A stretch of DNA of 64,000 bases from contig JBLIRO010000002.1 in assembly GCA_049472335.1 (NCBI GenBank), forward strand, positions 32,001 to 96,000, read 5' to 3'. Of this stretch, positions 50,713-61,404 are shown in pieces. The stretch is from a bacterium. GTDB lineage: Bacteria > SZUA-182 > DTGQ01 > JAFGSM01. The position numbers were made by a program, and so were the translations under genes. The notes beneath the pieces are model-generated. The model had not been told where the DNA came from and ran no database searches. It saw nothing but the letters and a program-made list of their open reading frames with translations. Each line of letters starts with the position of its first letter. Position 1 is the first letter of the stretch.

Positions 50713-52376
50713 GGCAGGATCATCTCCTCGATTCCGGCCCCAGCCGGTACCATTGGAAAAACATTCTCTTCTCTGGCAACGTGTACATCGACCAAAACCG
50801 GTTTGTTGATTGAGAAGGCCTCTTCAAGAACTGGACGTAACTCATCAGGCCTTTTGGCCCTGAGTCCGACCGCTCCGTAAGCTTCAGCCAGTTTAACAAA
50901 ATCGGGCGAACAATCCAAACATGTCCCGGAATATCTCTTTTTCATGAATAAATCCTGCCATTGTCGAACCATACCCAGGAACTGGTTGTTCAATATAACC
51001 ACATTGACAGGTAGGTTGTATTGAACTGCCGTTGCCAGTTCCTGCGAGACCATCTGGAAGCTCCCGTCCCCTGCCACATCGATAACCAGAGATTCGGGTT
51101 TTGCCGCTTGGGCGCCAATAGCCGCAGGAAAGCCATATCCCATTGTGCCCAATCCCCCAGAGGTTAGAAGTGTTCTGGGTTTGTTGAATTTATAATAATG
51201 GGCAACCCACATCTGATGCTGTCCTACTTCCGTAGCTATAATTGCATCTCTGTCCTTGGTTAGGTCGTATATCTCTTCTACCACGCACTGAGGCTTTATA
51301 ACCTCATCCGAACATTCATACCCGAGCGGAAACTCTTTTTTCCAGCCATTTATCCTGTCAAGCCAGTTTGAACGGTCAACAGTCTCTATCTCCTTTACAA
51401 GAGATGCCAGAATTGCCTTGGCATCACCCACAATCGGCACCTGCACCCTTATATTTTTACTGATTGCGGTGGGATCTATGTCTATATGGATATATGTGGC
51501 CCCCGGAGCAAATTTGTCCAGCCTTCCGGTGACCCGATCATCGAATCTGGCTCCTACCGCAACGAGAAGGTCGCACTCGGTTACTGCCAGATTCGCATAT
51601 TTGGTTCCATGCATTCCCATCATGCCCAGAAAGTAAGGACTCTGGGCGCTTATCCCTCCTAAACCGAGGAGTGTTGATGCCACAGGGATGTGACCCTTTT
51701 CCGCCAGGTTTGTCAATTCCTGTGACGCATCCGAGATTATAACACCTCCACCCGCATATATAACCGGCCTTTTAGACTGATTTATCAACTTGGCAGCCAT
51801 GCTGATCTGTTTGGGATGTCCATGATAAGTGGGCTTATACCCCCTGATTTGTACCTCTTTCGGGTAATTAAAATTACATTTATCCAGAAGAACGTCTTTG
51901 GGCAGATCCACAAGAACAGGCCCCGGACGGCCGGTTGTAGCTATATGAAAGGCCTCCTTGATCGTCCTGGCTAAGTCCTTAACATTGTTCACCAGATAAT
52001 TATGCTTTGTAATTGATCGGGTAATGCCGACAATATCCGCCTCCTGGAAGGCGTCATTTCCGATCATGCTTGTTGGAACCTGGCCCGTAAAGGCAATCAC
52101 TGGAATTGAATCCATAAATGCCGTTGCAAGGCCTGTTACGATATTTGTGGCGCCAGGACCCGAAGTAGTCAGACATATACCCGGCTTTCCGCTTGCGCGC
52201 GCGTATCCGTCAGCCGCATGAACGGCTCCTTGCTCATGCCTTACAAGTATATCCTTGATTGGGCTATCTAACAGCAAGTCATAGATCCCCAAAATGGTTG
52301 CACCAGGGAATCCGAAGATGTGTTTTACGCCTTCCTTCTGAAGACTTTCCAGGAAAATCTGGGAGCCTGTCATCAT
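50709..52376 (-). CDS. ilvB: Acetolactate synthase large subunit, copy 1
   Basis: Same motifs as the neighbouring copy; stop overlaps its GTG start. Confidence 0.95.
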   Translation of the reverse strand: MMTGSQIFLESLQKEGVKHIFGFPGATILGIYDLLLDSPIKDILVRHEQGAVHAADGYARASGKPGICLTTSGPGATNIVTGLATAFMDSIPVIAFTGQVPTSMIGNDAFQEADIVGITRSITKHNYLVNNVKDLARTIKEAFHIATTGRPGPVLVDLPKDVLLDKCNFNYPKEVQIRGYKPTYHGHPKQISMAAKLINQSKRPVIYAGGGVIISDASQELTNLAEKGHIPVASTLLGLGGISAQSPYFLGMMGMHGTKYANLAVTECDLLVAVGARFDDRVTGRLDKFAPGATYIHIDIDPTAISKNIRVQVPIVGDAKAILASLVKEIETVDRSNWLDRINGWKKEFPLGYECSDEVIKPQCVVEEIYDLTKDRDAIIATEVGQHQMWVAHYYKFNKPRTLLTSGGLGTMGYGFPAAIGAQAAKPESLVIDVAGDGSFQMVSQELATAVQYNLPVNVVILNNQFLGMVRQWQDLFMKKRYSGTCLDCSPDFVKLAEAYGAVGLRAKRPDELRPVLEEAFSINKPVLVDVHVAREENVFPMVPAGAGIEEMILP

Positions 52377-52507
52377 TGTTTTATTCCTTTTTAAGGATTA
52401 TAAGGATTAAAGTAATTATAGGCAGGACTGCAAAAAAGCAACCCACATGATATTCAATGATAATAAAATTATTTCAAATAATCAAATTTTTAAAAAAAGT
52501 TATCAAA

Positions 52508-52537
52508 AAGTGCCTAAAGTGTCAAGTGCCTAAAGTT
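52508..52537. repeat. Short dispersed repeat, copy 2
   Basis: aagtgcctaaagtgtcaagtgcctaaagtt, matching 13609-13637. Confidence 0.7.
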
Positions 52538-52539
52538 GT

Positions 52540-54204
52540 TTAGCGTTGGAAAATGGCTCCTGTGCTTGCCGATGTTACGAGCCTGCTGTATCGTGCCAGA
52601 TAACCTGACTTTATCTTTGGGGATGGCGCCTTCCATCCTTCTTTCCGTTGGTCCATTTCCTCATTGGATATAAGAAAATCCAGCTTTCTGCCTGGTATAT
52701 CGATTCGAATAGGATCTCCGTTCCGGACAAGGGCAATGGGACCTCCCTCCATTGCCTCAGGGGAAACATGACCTATACACGGCCCCCTAGTGCCTCCTGA
52801 GAAACGACCATCTGTAATCAGGGCAACAGAATCCGCCAATCCCATACCCTGAATGGCCGCAGTCGGGGAAAGCATCTCTCTCATGCCCGGGCCTCCTTTT
52901 GGCCCTTCATATCTTATGATAACTACTTCCCCGGGTTGAATATTACCACCCATAATGGCCTTCATGGCTTCTTCTTCGGCATCGAAACAGCGGGCCCTTC
53001 CTTCAAAGACCATCATGTCCGGTTTGACTGCAGATTGTTTTACAATAGATCCCTCCGGCGCAAGATTCCCTTTGAGAACCGCCATTCCGCCCTCGACATG
53101 ATAGGCCCTGTTTAGTGGTCTGATAATATCTTCATCAAATATCTGGGCCTGTTCAGCGATCTGATGAGTAGTAAGGCCGGTGACAGTCTGAGTATCATGA
53201 AGTTTTTCCTTGATTCTTTTTTGAACTGCCGGAATCCCTCCTGCGGCATCCAGATCTTCCATAAAATAGTCACCCCCCGGACGAAGGTTGGTTATATGAG
53301 GAGTGTCGTGGCTTATGGAATCGAATAAATCCAGTGTAATCTCTACTCCTGCCTCTGCTGCAATAGCAGGCAAATGAAGGGCGGTATTTGTTGACCCGCC
53401 TAATGTCATATCCATCCGGACGGCATTCTCGAATGCCTCTCTTGTGAGAAATTTCCTGGCATTTGCATCTAGTTTTACAAGTTCTATGATCCTTTTTCCG
53501 CTTTCAAACGCAATACGTTTTTTTTGGGCTGATACTGCTAATGCTGTTGCAGATCCGGCAAGGGACATACCTAATGCCTCTGTCATACAGGCCATGGTGT
53601 TTGCGGTATAAAGCCCCTGACAAGAACCCGGACCCGGGCAGGCGCAACTCTCGAGGTCGGACAACTCCTGCTCCGATATCTCTCCCTTTTTGAAGCGGCC
53701 TACTGCCTCAAAGGTGTCTCTGACAAGGGAGAGTTTCCTCATCTTGTATCTTCCGGAAATCATAGGCCCTGCCGTGACCACAATGACCGGCAGATCCAGC
53801 CTGGCAGCGGCCATAAGCATTCCGGGCGTGATCTTGTCACAGTTTGTTAGCAGGACAATCCCGTCAAGGGAATGGGCCATGATAACACTTTCGATCATAT
53901 CGGCTATTAATTCCCTGGAAGGGAGGGAATAGTTCATGCCGTTGTGTCCCATTGCTATGCCATCGCAGATCCCAGGTACGCTGGTGAGGAAGCAGTAGCC
54001 CCCGCCGGAATGAATTCCCTTTTCAATAAATCGCTCCAGGTCTCTCATGCCCACGTGACCGGGGATAAGGTCGGTAAAAGAGGATACAAGGCCTATCAAT
54101 GGAGTTTCCAGAGCGGAACGTGGGAAACCCGTGGCATATAAAAGGGCCCTGTGAGGAGCACGCTCGACGCCTGAAAGGATGTTTTGACTTTTTAATCTTT
54201 TCAT
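52540..54204 (-). CDS. ilvD: Dihydroxy-acid dehydratase
   Basis: [50 protein letters not shown]. Confidence 0.97.
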   Translation of the reverse strand: MKRLKSQNILSGVERAPHRALLYATGFPRSALETPLIGLVSSFTDLIPGHVGMRDLERFIEKGIHSGGGYCFLTSVPGICDGIAMGHNGMNYSLPSRELIADMIESVIMAHSLDGIVLLTNCDKITPGMLMAAARLDLPVIVVTAGPMISGRYKMRKLSLVRDTFEAVGRFKKGEISEQELSDLESCACPGPGSCQGLYTANTMACMTEALGMSLAGSATALAVSAQKKRIAFESGKRIIELVKLDANARKFLTREAFENAVRMDMTLGGSTNTALHLPAIAAEAGVEITLDLFDSISHDTPHITNLRPGGDYFMEDLDAAGGIPAVQKRIKEKLHDTQTVTGLTTHQIAEQAQIFDEDIIRPLNRAYHVEGGMAVLKGNLAPEGSIVKQSAVKPDMMVFEGRARCFDAEEEAMKAIMGGNIQPGEVVIIRYEGPKGGPGMREMLSPTAAIQGMGLADSVALITDGRFSGGTRGPCIGHVSPEAMEGGPIALVRNGDPIRIDIPGRKLDFLISNEEMDQRKEGWKAPSPKIKSGYLARYSRLVTSASTGAIFQR

Positions 54205-54239
54205 TAAATCAACTCCTGTTAAAAATTTTATGGGAGGGG

Positions 54240-54479
54240 TTAATCTCCGTTTTTGTTGTTTATTGTTAGAAAACCATGAATAATTTCTGCCATTTTATCC
54301 TTTGCGCGAAGCTTCTGTTTTTTTATTTCCTGTTTCAACATTTCCTGAGCAGGGGTTAAATAAATATGTTTCATAAGCTCATCCAGCTTTGCCTCATATT
54401 CCTTGTGCTTTTCTTCAAGTTTTCTGAATTCTCTGTTTTGCTGGCGAATTGAATCAATCAGATTTGATCTTTCAGGCAT
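54240..54479 (-). CDS. DUF465/YdcH-family small coiled-coil protein
   Basis: [11 protein letters not shown]...[13 protein letters not shown]. Confidence 0.75.
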   Translation of the reverse strand: MPERSNLIDSIRQQNREFRKLEEKHKEYEAKLDELMKHIYLTPAQEMLKQEIKKQKLRAKDKMAEIIHGFLTINNKNGD

Positions 54480-54744
54480 CTTTTTAAAATCTCCCTGTCC
54501 TCCTGTTTCTTAAGTTTATGTTCCGTTGCCAAAGTACGGTTTTGATTCCTGTTATCCTTCGAAATTGTTCGCGGAAAAAGACAGAAAAATATCTGGCTTG
54601 AATATCTTCGGCTTCTTTTTCCAGTATGAAACAATACCCTGGATCATTGGAACGGCTTATACTCAAAAATAAAAAATTTTCTTTCAAATTCATTTATGAT
54701 AAAACAAAAAAACAACAAGTTAAATTAAGATAGGAGAGGATTTA

Positions 54745-56277
54745 TCAACGCCTTATTTCATATCCGTCATCCAGAATCTGGGTAATTTCCTGCAAGCGTT
54801 TTTTACTCTGAACTGTTTGAGGAGATCTTAAGAGGTCACCCTTTTCGCTGTTGAGTCTTATCCTGTCACCGTGCCTGAGTATATAAACATTTTCAATATT
54901 GGCCAGTAGATCACCTGGTATTTCAATTTGAGCAATCTCATATTTATCAGTAAGAGGCTCTTGTTTGATCTTAGTTAGGAACAGTTGTGCCAGTCTCTCT
55001 GCTTGAGATGAATTTTTTGATTTAAAGATATCCAAAAGTTCATTTCTCATCTCTGCCCTGAGTAATATGGAATTTTGTACGGATTTTAAGTCCTTTGGTA
55101 TATAAGATTTTAGCAAGGCACTCTCTTCGGCAGGGGCTAAAGGCGGAGGAGATGTTTCTGGCGCGGGGGGGGGCACAGGAACAGGCGGCGGCGGTGGAAT
55201 TATCTTCGGATATTCAGGCACGACGGTTTTTGGGGGCACTGCCGCGACCTTTACAGGCTTCTCCAATAGTCCTTTTATAAAGGGTTTGGTCTCGTATCTT
55301 GCACTCACTTTGGCGGCCTTCACTTCTTCGCTAACTGTCGTTTCCGTTATCACCTCTTTAGGCGGCTCCTCTTTAGCGGGCGGGGCCTCTTTGCTGCTTG
55401 CCAGGTCCATCTTTGCTTTAGTCAGCCATGTTTTAACCTCTCTTGCATCACGGCTGTTTTGGGGTTCATATTTTAGAAATTCTTCATAATATTGAATGGC
55501 TTTTTCATTATTATTTAGATCGAAGTCGTAGGTCTTGGCAATGTTATAAAGAGCATCCGTATAATCCGGTTTTAACTCAATGGCCTTAAGATATTCTCTA
55601 ACGGCCATTTGATATTTTCCTTCTCCGCTGTAAAGATTTCCCCGGTTTTTATAAGTCAGGGCCTTGTTATATATCGCCTCTTTTGAATCCTCTGCTTCTT
55701 CCCGAGGCTTTTCCAGTTGTTTTTCAGGCACTGGAACACCCGGGAAAGGAACCGGGGGAGAAGGAGGAGCAGTGACAGGAGGCGTAGGAACTGTAGCTAC
55801 CTTTTCCTGAGGGGTTTCAGGTAACGGGGCCACAGATGGCTCTGGTGGAAGCGGAGCAGGGGAAACGACTGGTTTTGTCTGATCTGCCTTTGCCACAATC
55901 GAGATTGGTTGAGGTTTTATGCCGTGTTTGCTTTCTATTCCATCCATCCAGTCTTGTATCGATTTTGCATCTGGTGAATCGGGCTCCAATTCCAAAAATT
56001 TTTGGAAATAGTTTGCAGCCTGTTGATAATCCTTTAGATCATGATAATACGTAACTCCTATGTTGTAGTAAGCATCCACATAATCGGGATAAATCTTTAT
56101 GGCCTCTTCGTATGCCTTTACGGCCTTTTCGAATTCTCCTTTTTCACAATAATCGTTCCCCATACGATTGAGAATTTCGGCATCTTGCGGAACTTGTGCA
56201 AAGGATGCTGAAGTTATAAAAATCAACAAAACAACGAATGTACAAATTAAGCCTTTGAGATCATGTCCCCTAAACAT
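54745..56277 (-). CDS. Exported tetratricopeptide-repeat protein with proline-rich linkers
   Basis: Signal peptide ending SFA; two paralogous TPR clusters (AYYNIG / ALYNIA) separated and followed by P-rich tracts. Confidence 0.8.
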   Translation of the reverse strand: MFRGHDLKGLICTFVVLLIFITSASFAQVPQDAEILNRMGNDYCEKGEFEKAVKAYEEAIKIYPDYVDAYYNIGVTYYHDLKDYQQAANYFQKFLELEPDSPDAKSIQDWMDGIESKHGIKPQPISIVAKADQTKPVVSPAPLPPEPSVAPLPETPQEKVATVPTPPVTAPPSPPVPFPGVPVPEKQLEKPREEAEDSKEAIYNKALTYKNRGNLYSGEGKYQMAVREYLKAIELKPDYTDALYNIAKTYDFDLNNNEKAIQYYEEFLKYEPQNSRDAREVKTWLTKAKMDLASSKEAPPAKEEPPKEVITETTVSEEVKAAKVSARYETKPFIKGLLEKPVKVAAVPPKTVVPEYPKIIPPPPPVPVPPPAPETSPPPLAPAEESALLKSYIPKDLKSVQNSILLRAEMRNELLDIFKSKNSSQAERLAQLFLTKIKQEPLTDKYEIAQIEIPGDLLANIENVYILRHGDRIRLNSEKGDLLRSPQTVQSKKRLQEITQILDDGYEIRR

Positions 56278-56651
56278 TATCTTGATCCCCTTTCTATAAA
56301 ACTTTCAAATGGTAAAATATTTATTTTTGAGGTTTGTTCGATTATTATATAAACACGTTAATATTGAAAGAGATAATATCACTCTATCATACCATCTCAA
56401 AGGATGTCAAGATGCTCTTATTATTGATTAAATGAGAAAAAACAGTATGCTAAGGGAATGATAACAAACAAATTAAAAGAATTTTATCAAAGAGGCCTTT
56501 ATGTTTTTTTTGAGTCGTATATAATATCTTTTCTGATAAAGATCACTCAAGATCCCACCGGGATATTGAGTGATTACCGGTAAAACCCTTTAGATGTTAA
56601 AAGTAAAAAGGAGCTGCGGCTCTTATAAATATTCTCAAAGGAGAGATATAT

Positions 56652-57314
56652 ATGAAGAAGATCCCGGTAGTAAAAAACATCCTTAAAGCAAACCAGCAGA
56701 TTGCAAATGAAAACAGGCAGCTTTTTGTGGAAAAAGGTATTTATGTTATGAATTTAATGAGCTCCCCGGGGGCAGGCAAGACCTCATTGTTAGAGTGCTC
56801 TTTAAGCTATCTGAAGGATAGATACCGTATAGCAGTGATTGAGGGGGATATCCAGGATACTTGTGATAGCGATCGAATTGCCGCTTTAGATATTCCGGCT
56901 GTTCAGATTAACACAGGAGGCGCCTGTCATCTTGACGCGACAATGATACTTCAGGCACTTCCTTCTTTAGACCTCGACAACCTCGATATTCTGATTATTG
57001 AAAATGTTGGAAATCTTGTTTGTCCGGCGGAATTTGACGTTGGTGAAAATGATAAAATAATGATTTTGAGTGTCTCGGAAGGAGATGACAAGCCTCATAA
57101 ATATCCTCTGATGTTTTCCATATCTTCCGTCCTTCTTATCAATAAGATTGATCTGCTCCCCTATGTCAACTTTAATATGAAAATGGCAAGGGAAACAGTC
57201 AAGAAATTACATCCTGATATTGAGATATTTGACATATCATGCAGAAACGGGACCGGTTTGGATGTCTGGTATGATTGGCTGATAAGAAGGGCGGAAGCCG
57301 TAAGGAGCAGTTGA
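56652..57314 (+). CDS. hypB: Hydrogenase nickel incorporation GTPase HypB
   Basis: SSPGAGKT, GGACHLDA, ENVGNLVCPA, EGDDKP.KYP, NKIDL. Confidence 0.95.
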   Translation: MKKIPVVKNILKANQQIANENRQLFVEKGIYVMNLMSSPGAGKTSLLECSLSYLKDRYRIAVIEGDIQDTCDSDRIAALDIPAVQINTGGACHLDATMILQALPSLDLDNLDILIIENVGNLVCPAEFDVGENDKIMILSVSEGDDKPHKYPLMFSISSVLLINKIDLLPYVNFNMKMARETVKKLHPDIEIFDISCRNGTGLDVWYDWLIRRAEAVRSS

Positions 57315-57318
57315 AGTT

Positions 57319-59658
57319 TTGGACAGAACATTACATAGAGATATGCATATTAGAAAAAGGATATGTATCAAAGGTGTGGTGCAGGGGATTGGATTTCGTC
57401 CTTTTATTTATCGCTTGGCAAATGAAAAGGATTTAAAGGGGGTGGTGTTCAATACGGAACAGGGTATAACAATAGAGGTGGAAGGAGAGGAGAACAATAT
57501 CGATCAGTTTTTGACAGATCTGCAAAAAAAACCACCGCCGCTTGCAGAGATTATTGATTTTAACGTTTCTACAATCTCTCCGCAGGGAGAAAAGACGTTC
57601 CTGATCAAGGAAAGTTTGAACGGCATCGAGCCAAGGGTTCTTATTCCTCCGGATCTTGCCATTTGCCCTGATTGCATAAAGGAGTTATTGGATCCTTCCG
57701 ACAGACGTTATAGATATCCCTTCATAAATTGTACTCAGTGCGGACCTCGCCTGACAATCATCAAAAAGGTCCCATATGACAGGGAACATACATCCATGTC
57801 TTCTTTTGACATGTGTGAGGAATGCAAAGGGGAATTTTATGATCCGGTCAGCAGGCGTTTTCATGCTCAGCCTAATGCGTGCTCCCGTTGCGGGCCTCAT
57901 GTATGGTTGTCCGATTCGCAAGGGAATCATATTGCGACGGATGAACCAATAAAACATGCCGCAAGGTTGATTAAAGAAGGGGCAATTCTGGGTATCAAAG
58001 GGTTGGGCGGATTTCATCTGGCAGCGGATGCGACCAATGAGGATGCAGTTGGAGAACTTAGGCGCAGAAAAGCCAGGGAAGGAAAGCCTTTTGCCATAAT
58101 GTCCGAAGACCTGGAAACGATAAGGTTATATGCAGAATTTTCGGATGATGAGGCCGCCTTGCTTAAGGGGGCCGTCCATCCTATTGTCCTGCTAGGAAAA
58201 AAGACAAATAATCCGATCGCCCCTTCTGTTGCCTCCAATCAACGAAGTTTTGGTATCATGCTTCCTTACACACCTCTGCACGTGTTACTGCTTAATGAGG
58301 GATTCGTTGCCCTCGTGATGACCAGCGGGAACCTGTCAGACGAACCTATTGCCATTAAAAACCAGGAGGCAATGGAATCTCTTTCAGGAATCGCAGATTA
58401 TTTTCTGTTTCATAACAGAGAGATACTTGTACGCTGTGATGATTCGGTAGTTATGCCAAATAAATCCGAGCCCATAATTATCAGGCGTTCACGCGGTTAT
58501 GCCCCTCTCCCGATCCATTTGGCCCGCTCCTTTGATCCCGTTTTGGCCCTTGGGGGTCAAATGAAAAATACGATTTGCGTTATCCGGGAGAAACAGGCAT
58601 TTTTAAGCCAGCATGTGGGGGATCTGGACGAGCCTGAAGCCAGACGATTTTTTTGGGAATCCTTTAAGCAGGTGCAGGAGATTGCCGGTGTCTCACCAGG
58701 GATTGTGGCGCATGACCTCCATCCGGATTACTATACAACAAAAATTATAGAGGATATGCAGGACAAGATATGTTATGCCGTCCAGCACCATCATGCACAC
58801 CTGGTGAGTTGTATGGCTGATAATGGACTGACAGGCCATGTAATTGGCTTGATCTTTGATGGCACGGGATATGGAACTGATGGTTCCATATGGGGCGGAG
58901 AGGTGCTGGTAGGTAATGAAGTCTCCTTTAACAGAGCGGTCCATTTATCTCCCTTCCCCCTTCCCGGAGGTGAAGCCGCGATTCTGAATCCCTGGCGGAT
59001 TGCAGTTGGATTATTGTATCAATCCTTTGGACAGGACTGGTATCATGTCCTTTCCAGATTGCTCGGCCGCATTTTACCTAAGAATGATTTAAATGAAAAC
59101 AAATTATCACTGATAAACGATGCGATAACTAAAAAGATTAATACACCTTCAACATCGAGTATGGGGCGTTTGTTCGATGCCGTTTCTGCGCTGCTCGGAT
59201 TTCACGGGAGGATATCCTATGAAGGGCAACCCGCCATTGAACTGGAATATTTTGCCTCTTTATGTGAGTCTCCCGAGGCCTATCCGGCTGAGATTTCTCA
59301 GGAGGTCTTACCCTGGAGAATGGAGGTTAATCCCATTATCTATAAGATTGTAAGCGACATTCATAATAAGGTGCCAAAAGAGATAATAAGCCGTAAGTTT
59401 CACAATACGGTCATTTGCATGGCATGTGAGGCGGCAAGATTGTGCAGCAGAAATTTTTCTTTGAATCGGGTTGTATTAAGCGGAGGTTGTTTTCAAAATC
59501 GCCTGCTTCTTGAAGGCATTTTCTCCACGCTTGAAAGAGACGGTATCCAGGTTTATACGCATAAACAAGTTCCGACAAATGACGGGGGGCTTTCACTGGG
59601 CCAGGCTGTTTGCGCCGGTGAGTTTTATAAAAGCGCTTCTTCCGGAGAAAGTAATTGA
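57319..59658 (+). CDS. hypF: Carbamoyltransferase HypF
   Basis: GVVQGIGFRPF, CPDC, CTQCGPR, HAQPNAC, QHHHAH, DGTGYG, NDGGLSLGQ; start may be ATG 57343. Confidence 0.96.
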   Translation: MDRTLHRDMHIRKRICIKGVVQGIGFRPFIYRLANEKDLKGVVFNTEQGITIEVEGEENNIDQFLTDLQKKPPPLAEIIDFNVSTISPQGEKTFLIKESLNGIEPRVLIPPDLAICPDCIKELLDPSDRRYRYPFINCTQCGPRLTIIKKVPYDREHTSMSSFDMCEECKGEFYDPVSRRFHAQPNACSRCGPHVWLSDSQGNHIATDEPIKHAARLIKEGAILGIKGLGGFHLAADATNEDAVGELRRRKAREGKPFAIMSEDLETIRLYAEFSDDEAALLKGAVHPIVLLGKKTNNPIAPSVASNQRSFGIMLPYTPLHVLLLNEGFVALVMTSGNLSDEPIAIKNQEAMESLSGIADYFLFHNREILVRCDDSVVMPNKSEPIIIRRSRGYAPLPIHLARSFDPVLALGGQMKNTICVIREKQAFLSQHVGDLDEPEARRFFWESFKQVQEIAGVSPGIVAHDLHPDYYTTKIIEDMQDKICYAVQHHHAHLVSCMADNGLTGHVIGLIFDGTGYGTDGSIWGGEVLVGNEVSFNRAVHLSPFPLPGGEAAILNPWRIAVGLLYQSFGQDWYHVLSRLLGRILPKNDLNENKLSLINDAITKKINTPSTSSMGRLFDAVSALLGFHGRISYEGQPAIELEYFASLCESPEAYPAEISQEVLPWRMEVNPIIYKIVSDIHNKVPKEIISRKFHNTVICMACEAARLCSRNFSLNRVVLSGGCFQNRLLLEGIFSTLERDGIQVYTHKQVPTNDGGLSLGQAVCAGEFYKSASSGESN

Positions 59659-60050
59659 AGTAATAGTATCTCTTATATAACATTATGCATATTCCCTGAC
59701 AAAATTTTCAGATTTCTCCCTGATTGACAAAACATAATCCTTTGGTATACTTTTTAGTAAGACAATACCTGAATTTATAGGGATTTTGTTTAAACATTTT
59801 ATTTGTTAAAAGAATCAGAAATTCGTTAAATATTATGATTAAATTGTGGATGACTTCAAGACATCTCACAGTTTCGTGGGGAAGAGCCATTCCAGTCTTT
59901 TTTGGGTGGTCCCACCTAAAAGGCCCATTGAATCCTTTAATAAAAACAACTCAGCAAGTTCATGCAGCTTAAGAGATACCTCTATTTTTTTATTGGATAT
60001 GATTTTAAATAATGCACGGTTGTGGTTTTAAAAGTATATTTGTCTTAATG

Positions 60051-60191
60051 TAATTATGATAAATTCATGAAAAAGTCATTTCGTCTTCTCCGAACCTTTT
60101 TTGAAGGTCCTAGAGCTTGCTTCGCTGGGCTAAGGGCCTTTAAAAAATGCCAATGACTCCTTCAATGGCTTTTTTACGATCTTATAAATTA
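60051..60191. repeat. Nested imperfect palindrome (MITE-like or structured RNA)
   Basis: Outer arms AAAAAGTCATT(60070)/AATGGCTTTTT(60164); inner arms TTTTTTGAAGGTCCT(60097)/AGGGCCTTTAAAAAA(60133). Confidence 0.55.
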
Positions 60192-60606
60192 TAAATTTAT
60201 AGATAGATTATACTGAGTTTGCTTTTGTATTTAAGAGCTATAAGTTGTATCAAATTAAACCTTAAAAAACATTTTTACTGAAGGAGTTGATGCCTATCGG
60301 ATTAATGTTTTAATGACTCTCTATTAATATAATTTAAAAGCATATTGGAGGTGCAAAAAATAAAAAACTATTGATGCTTTATGAAATTTTACAATAGACT
60401 AGTGCCTTGGATAGGGAAATAAAGGTCTTTTTAAGGATTGATTATTTCATCATCTTACACCTCAAAGCGTATTGGAACGAAGTTAATAAGAGAGAGTTCA
60501 GTTCAGACATTGCATACAAAAAAGGTGGATGTGGTTTTTATTTTAATAAATTGAGTAAAAAACACTATTTGAAACAGATTTTTATTTATGATGGTAGGGG
60601 GGTATT

Positions 60607-61221
60607 ATGTTTAAAAGAAGTTTTGTTTGTTTGGGTTTGTTTTTTGTCATATCACTTTTTATTATCAATTCTGCCTATGCTCTTTCTATTAGTTTTTTTG
60701 AAAAAGATCAAACAGTTCAACTAGAGAGTAATGCAACTGTTGATATAGTAATGGATTTGTCAGAATATAGTGGATTACTATCCGGGTATACCCTTGCAAT
60801 CGAATATGATAATACAATTTTATCAATCAAGGAAGATAATATCAGCTTTAATCCGAAATTGGGAGGGGAAGCTTTACCGGTCAATGTCAATCTCAATGGT
60901 AGTTTTGGGATAATTGATTTGGATTGGTCTGCAAATATGGACATAATTAATATTAGCTCAGAAACAGAACCAGAACCTTTTGTTTTAGCTACATTAAATT
61001 TTGATACAGTAGGTTTGGGTAAAAGTGGGTTGATGTTTGATTCCATGTCTTTGTATGATGATTTTGGTGACGCTTTTGCTGATAGTAGTAATATAGATGA
61101 TATAACCAGCCCTGGTTCAATTACTGTTTGTGCCAATCAGTCCATTCCTGAACCCGCTGCCTTCTTTTTATTTGGTACTTTATTGGTTGGATTCTGTTTT
61201 TTTAAAAGAAAAGAAACTTGA
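60607..61221 (+). CDS. PEP-CTERM-anchored protein with cohesin-like domain
   Basis: Signal peptide ending AYA; YTLAIEYDNTIL and LATLNFDT cohesin-like motifs; IPEPAAFFLFGTLLVGFCFFKRK C-terminus. Confidence 0.85.
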   Translation: MFKRSFVCLGLFFVISLFIINSAYALSISFFEKDQTVQLESNATVDIVMDLSEYSGLLSGYTLAIEYDNTILSIKEDNISFNPKLGGEALPVNVNLNGSFGIIDLDWSANMDIINISSETEPEPFVLATLNFDTVGLGKSGLMFDSMSLYDDFGDAFADSSNIDDITSPGSITVCANQSIPEPAAFFLFGTLLVGFCFFKRKET

Positions 61222-61309
61222 TAATTATTAAGCACGATTTAAAGAGTGAGCAAGTTCTATAAAGATAAAGGCTGCTAAATAAAAAATTTAGACAAATTAA
61301 TTAAGGTTT

Positions 61310-61357
61310 CAAGCAGGCAGGATATTTATTAAATGTTTCTGCCTGCTTGGGCTTTTT
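61310..61357. terminator. Hairpin terminator between the convergent PEP-CTERM gene and hypE
   Basis: CAAGCAGGCAGGATATTT / AAATGTTTCTGCCTGCTTG stem, followed shortly by TTTTT. Confidence 0.7.
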
Positions 61358-61404
61358 AATTATTAAAAGTTTTAAATAAATACAACCAGTTTATATCTCA
61401 GTGA

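Noticed and set aside
52377..52539. Leader-peptide attenuator or T-box for the ilv genes
   Set aside because: No Ile/Leu/Val-rich short ORF with a terminator and no T-box consensus found
54484..54693. 69-aa ORF upstream of the DUF465 gene
   Set aside because: No SD, no motif; likely promoter/UTR sequence
59708..60724. Small ORFs 59708..59890, 59846..60031 and 60407..60724 as genes or toxin-antitoxin parts
   Set aside because: AT-rich, weak starts, no recognisable motifs; the last overlaps the PEP-CTERM gene out of frame
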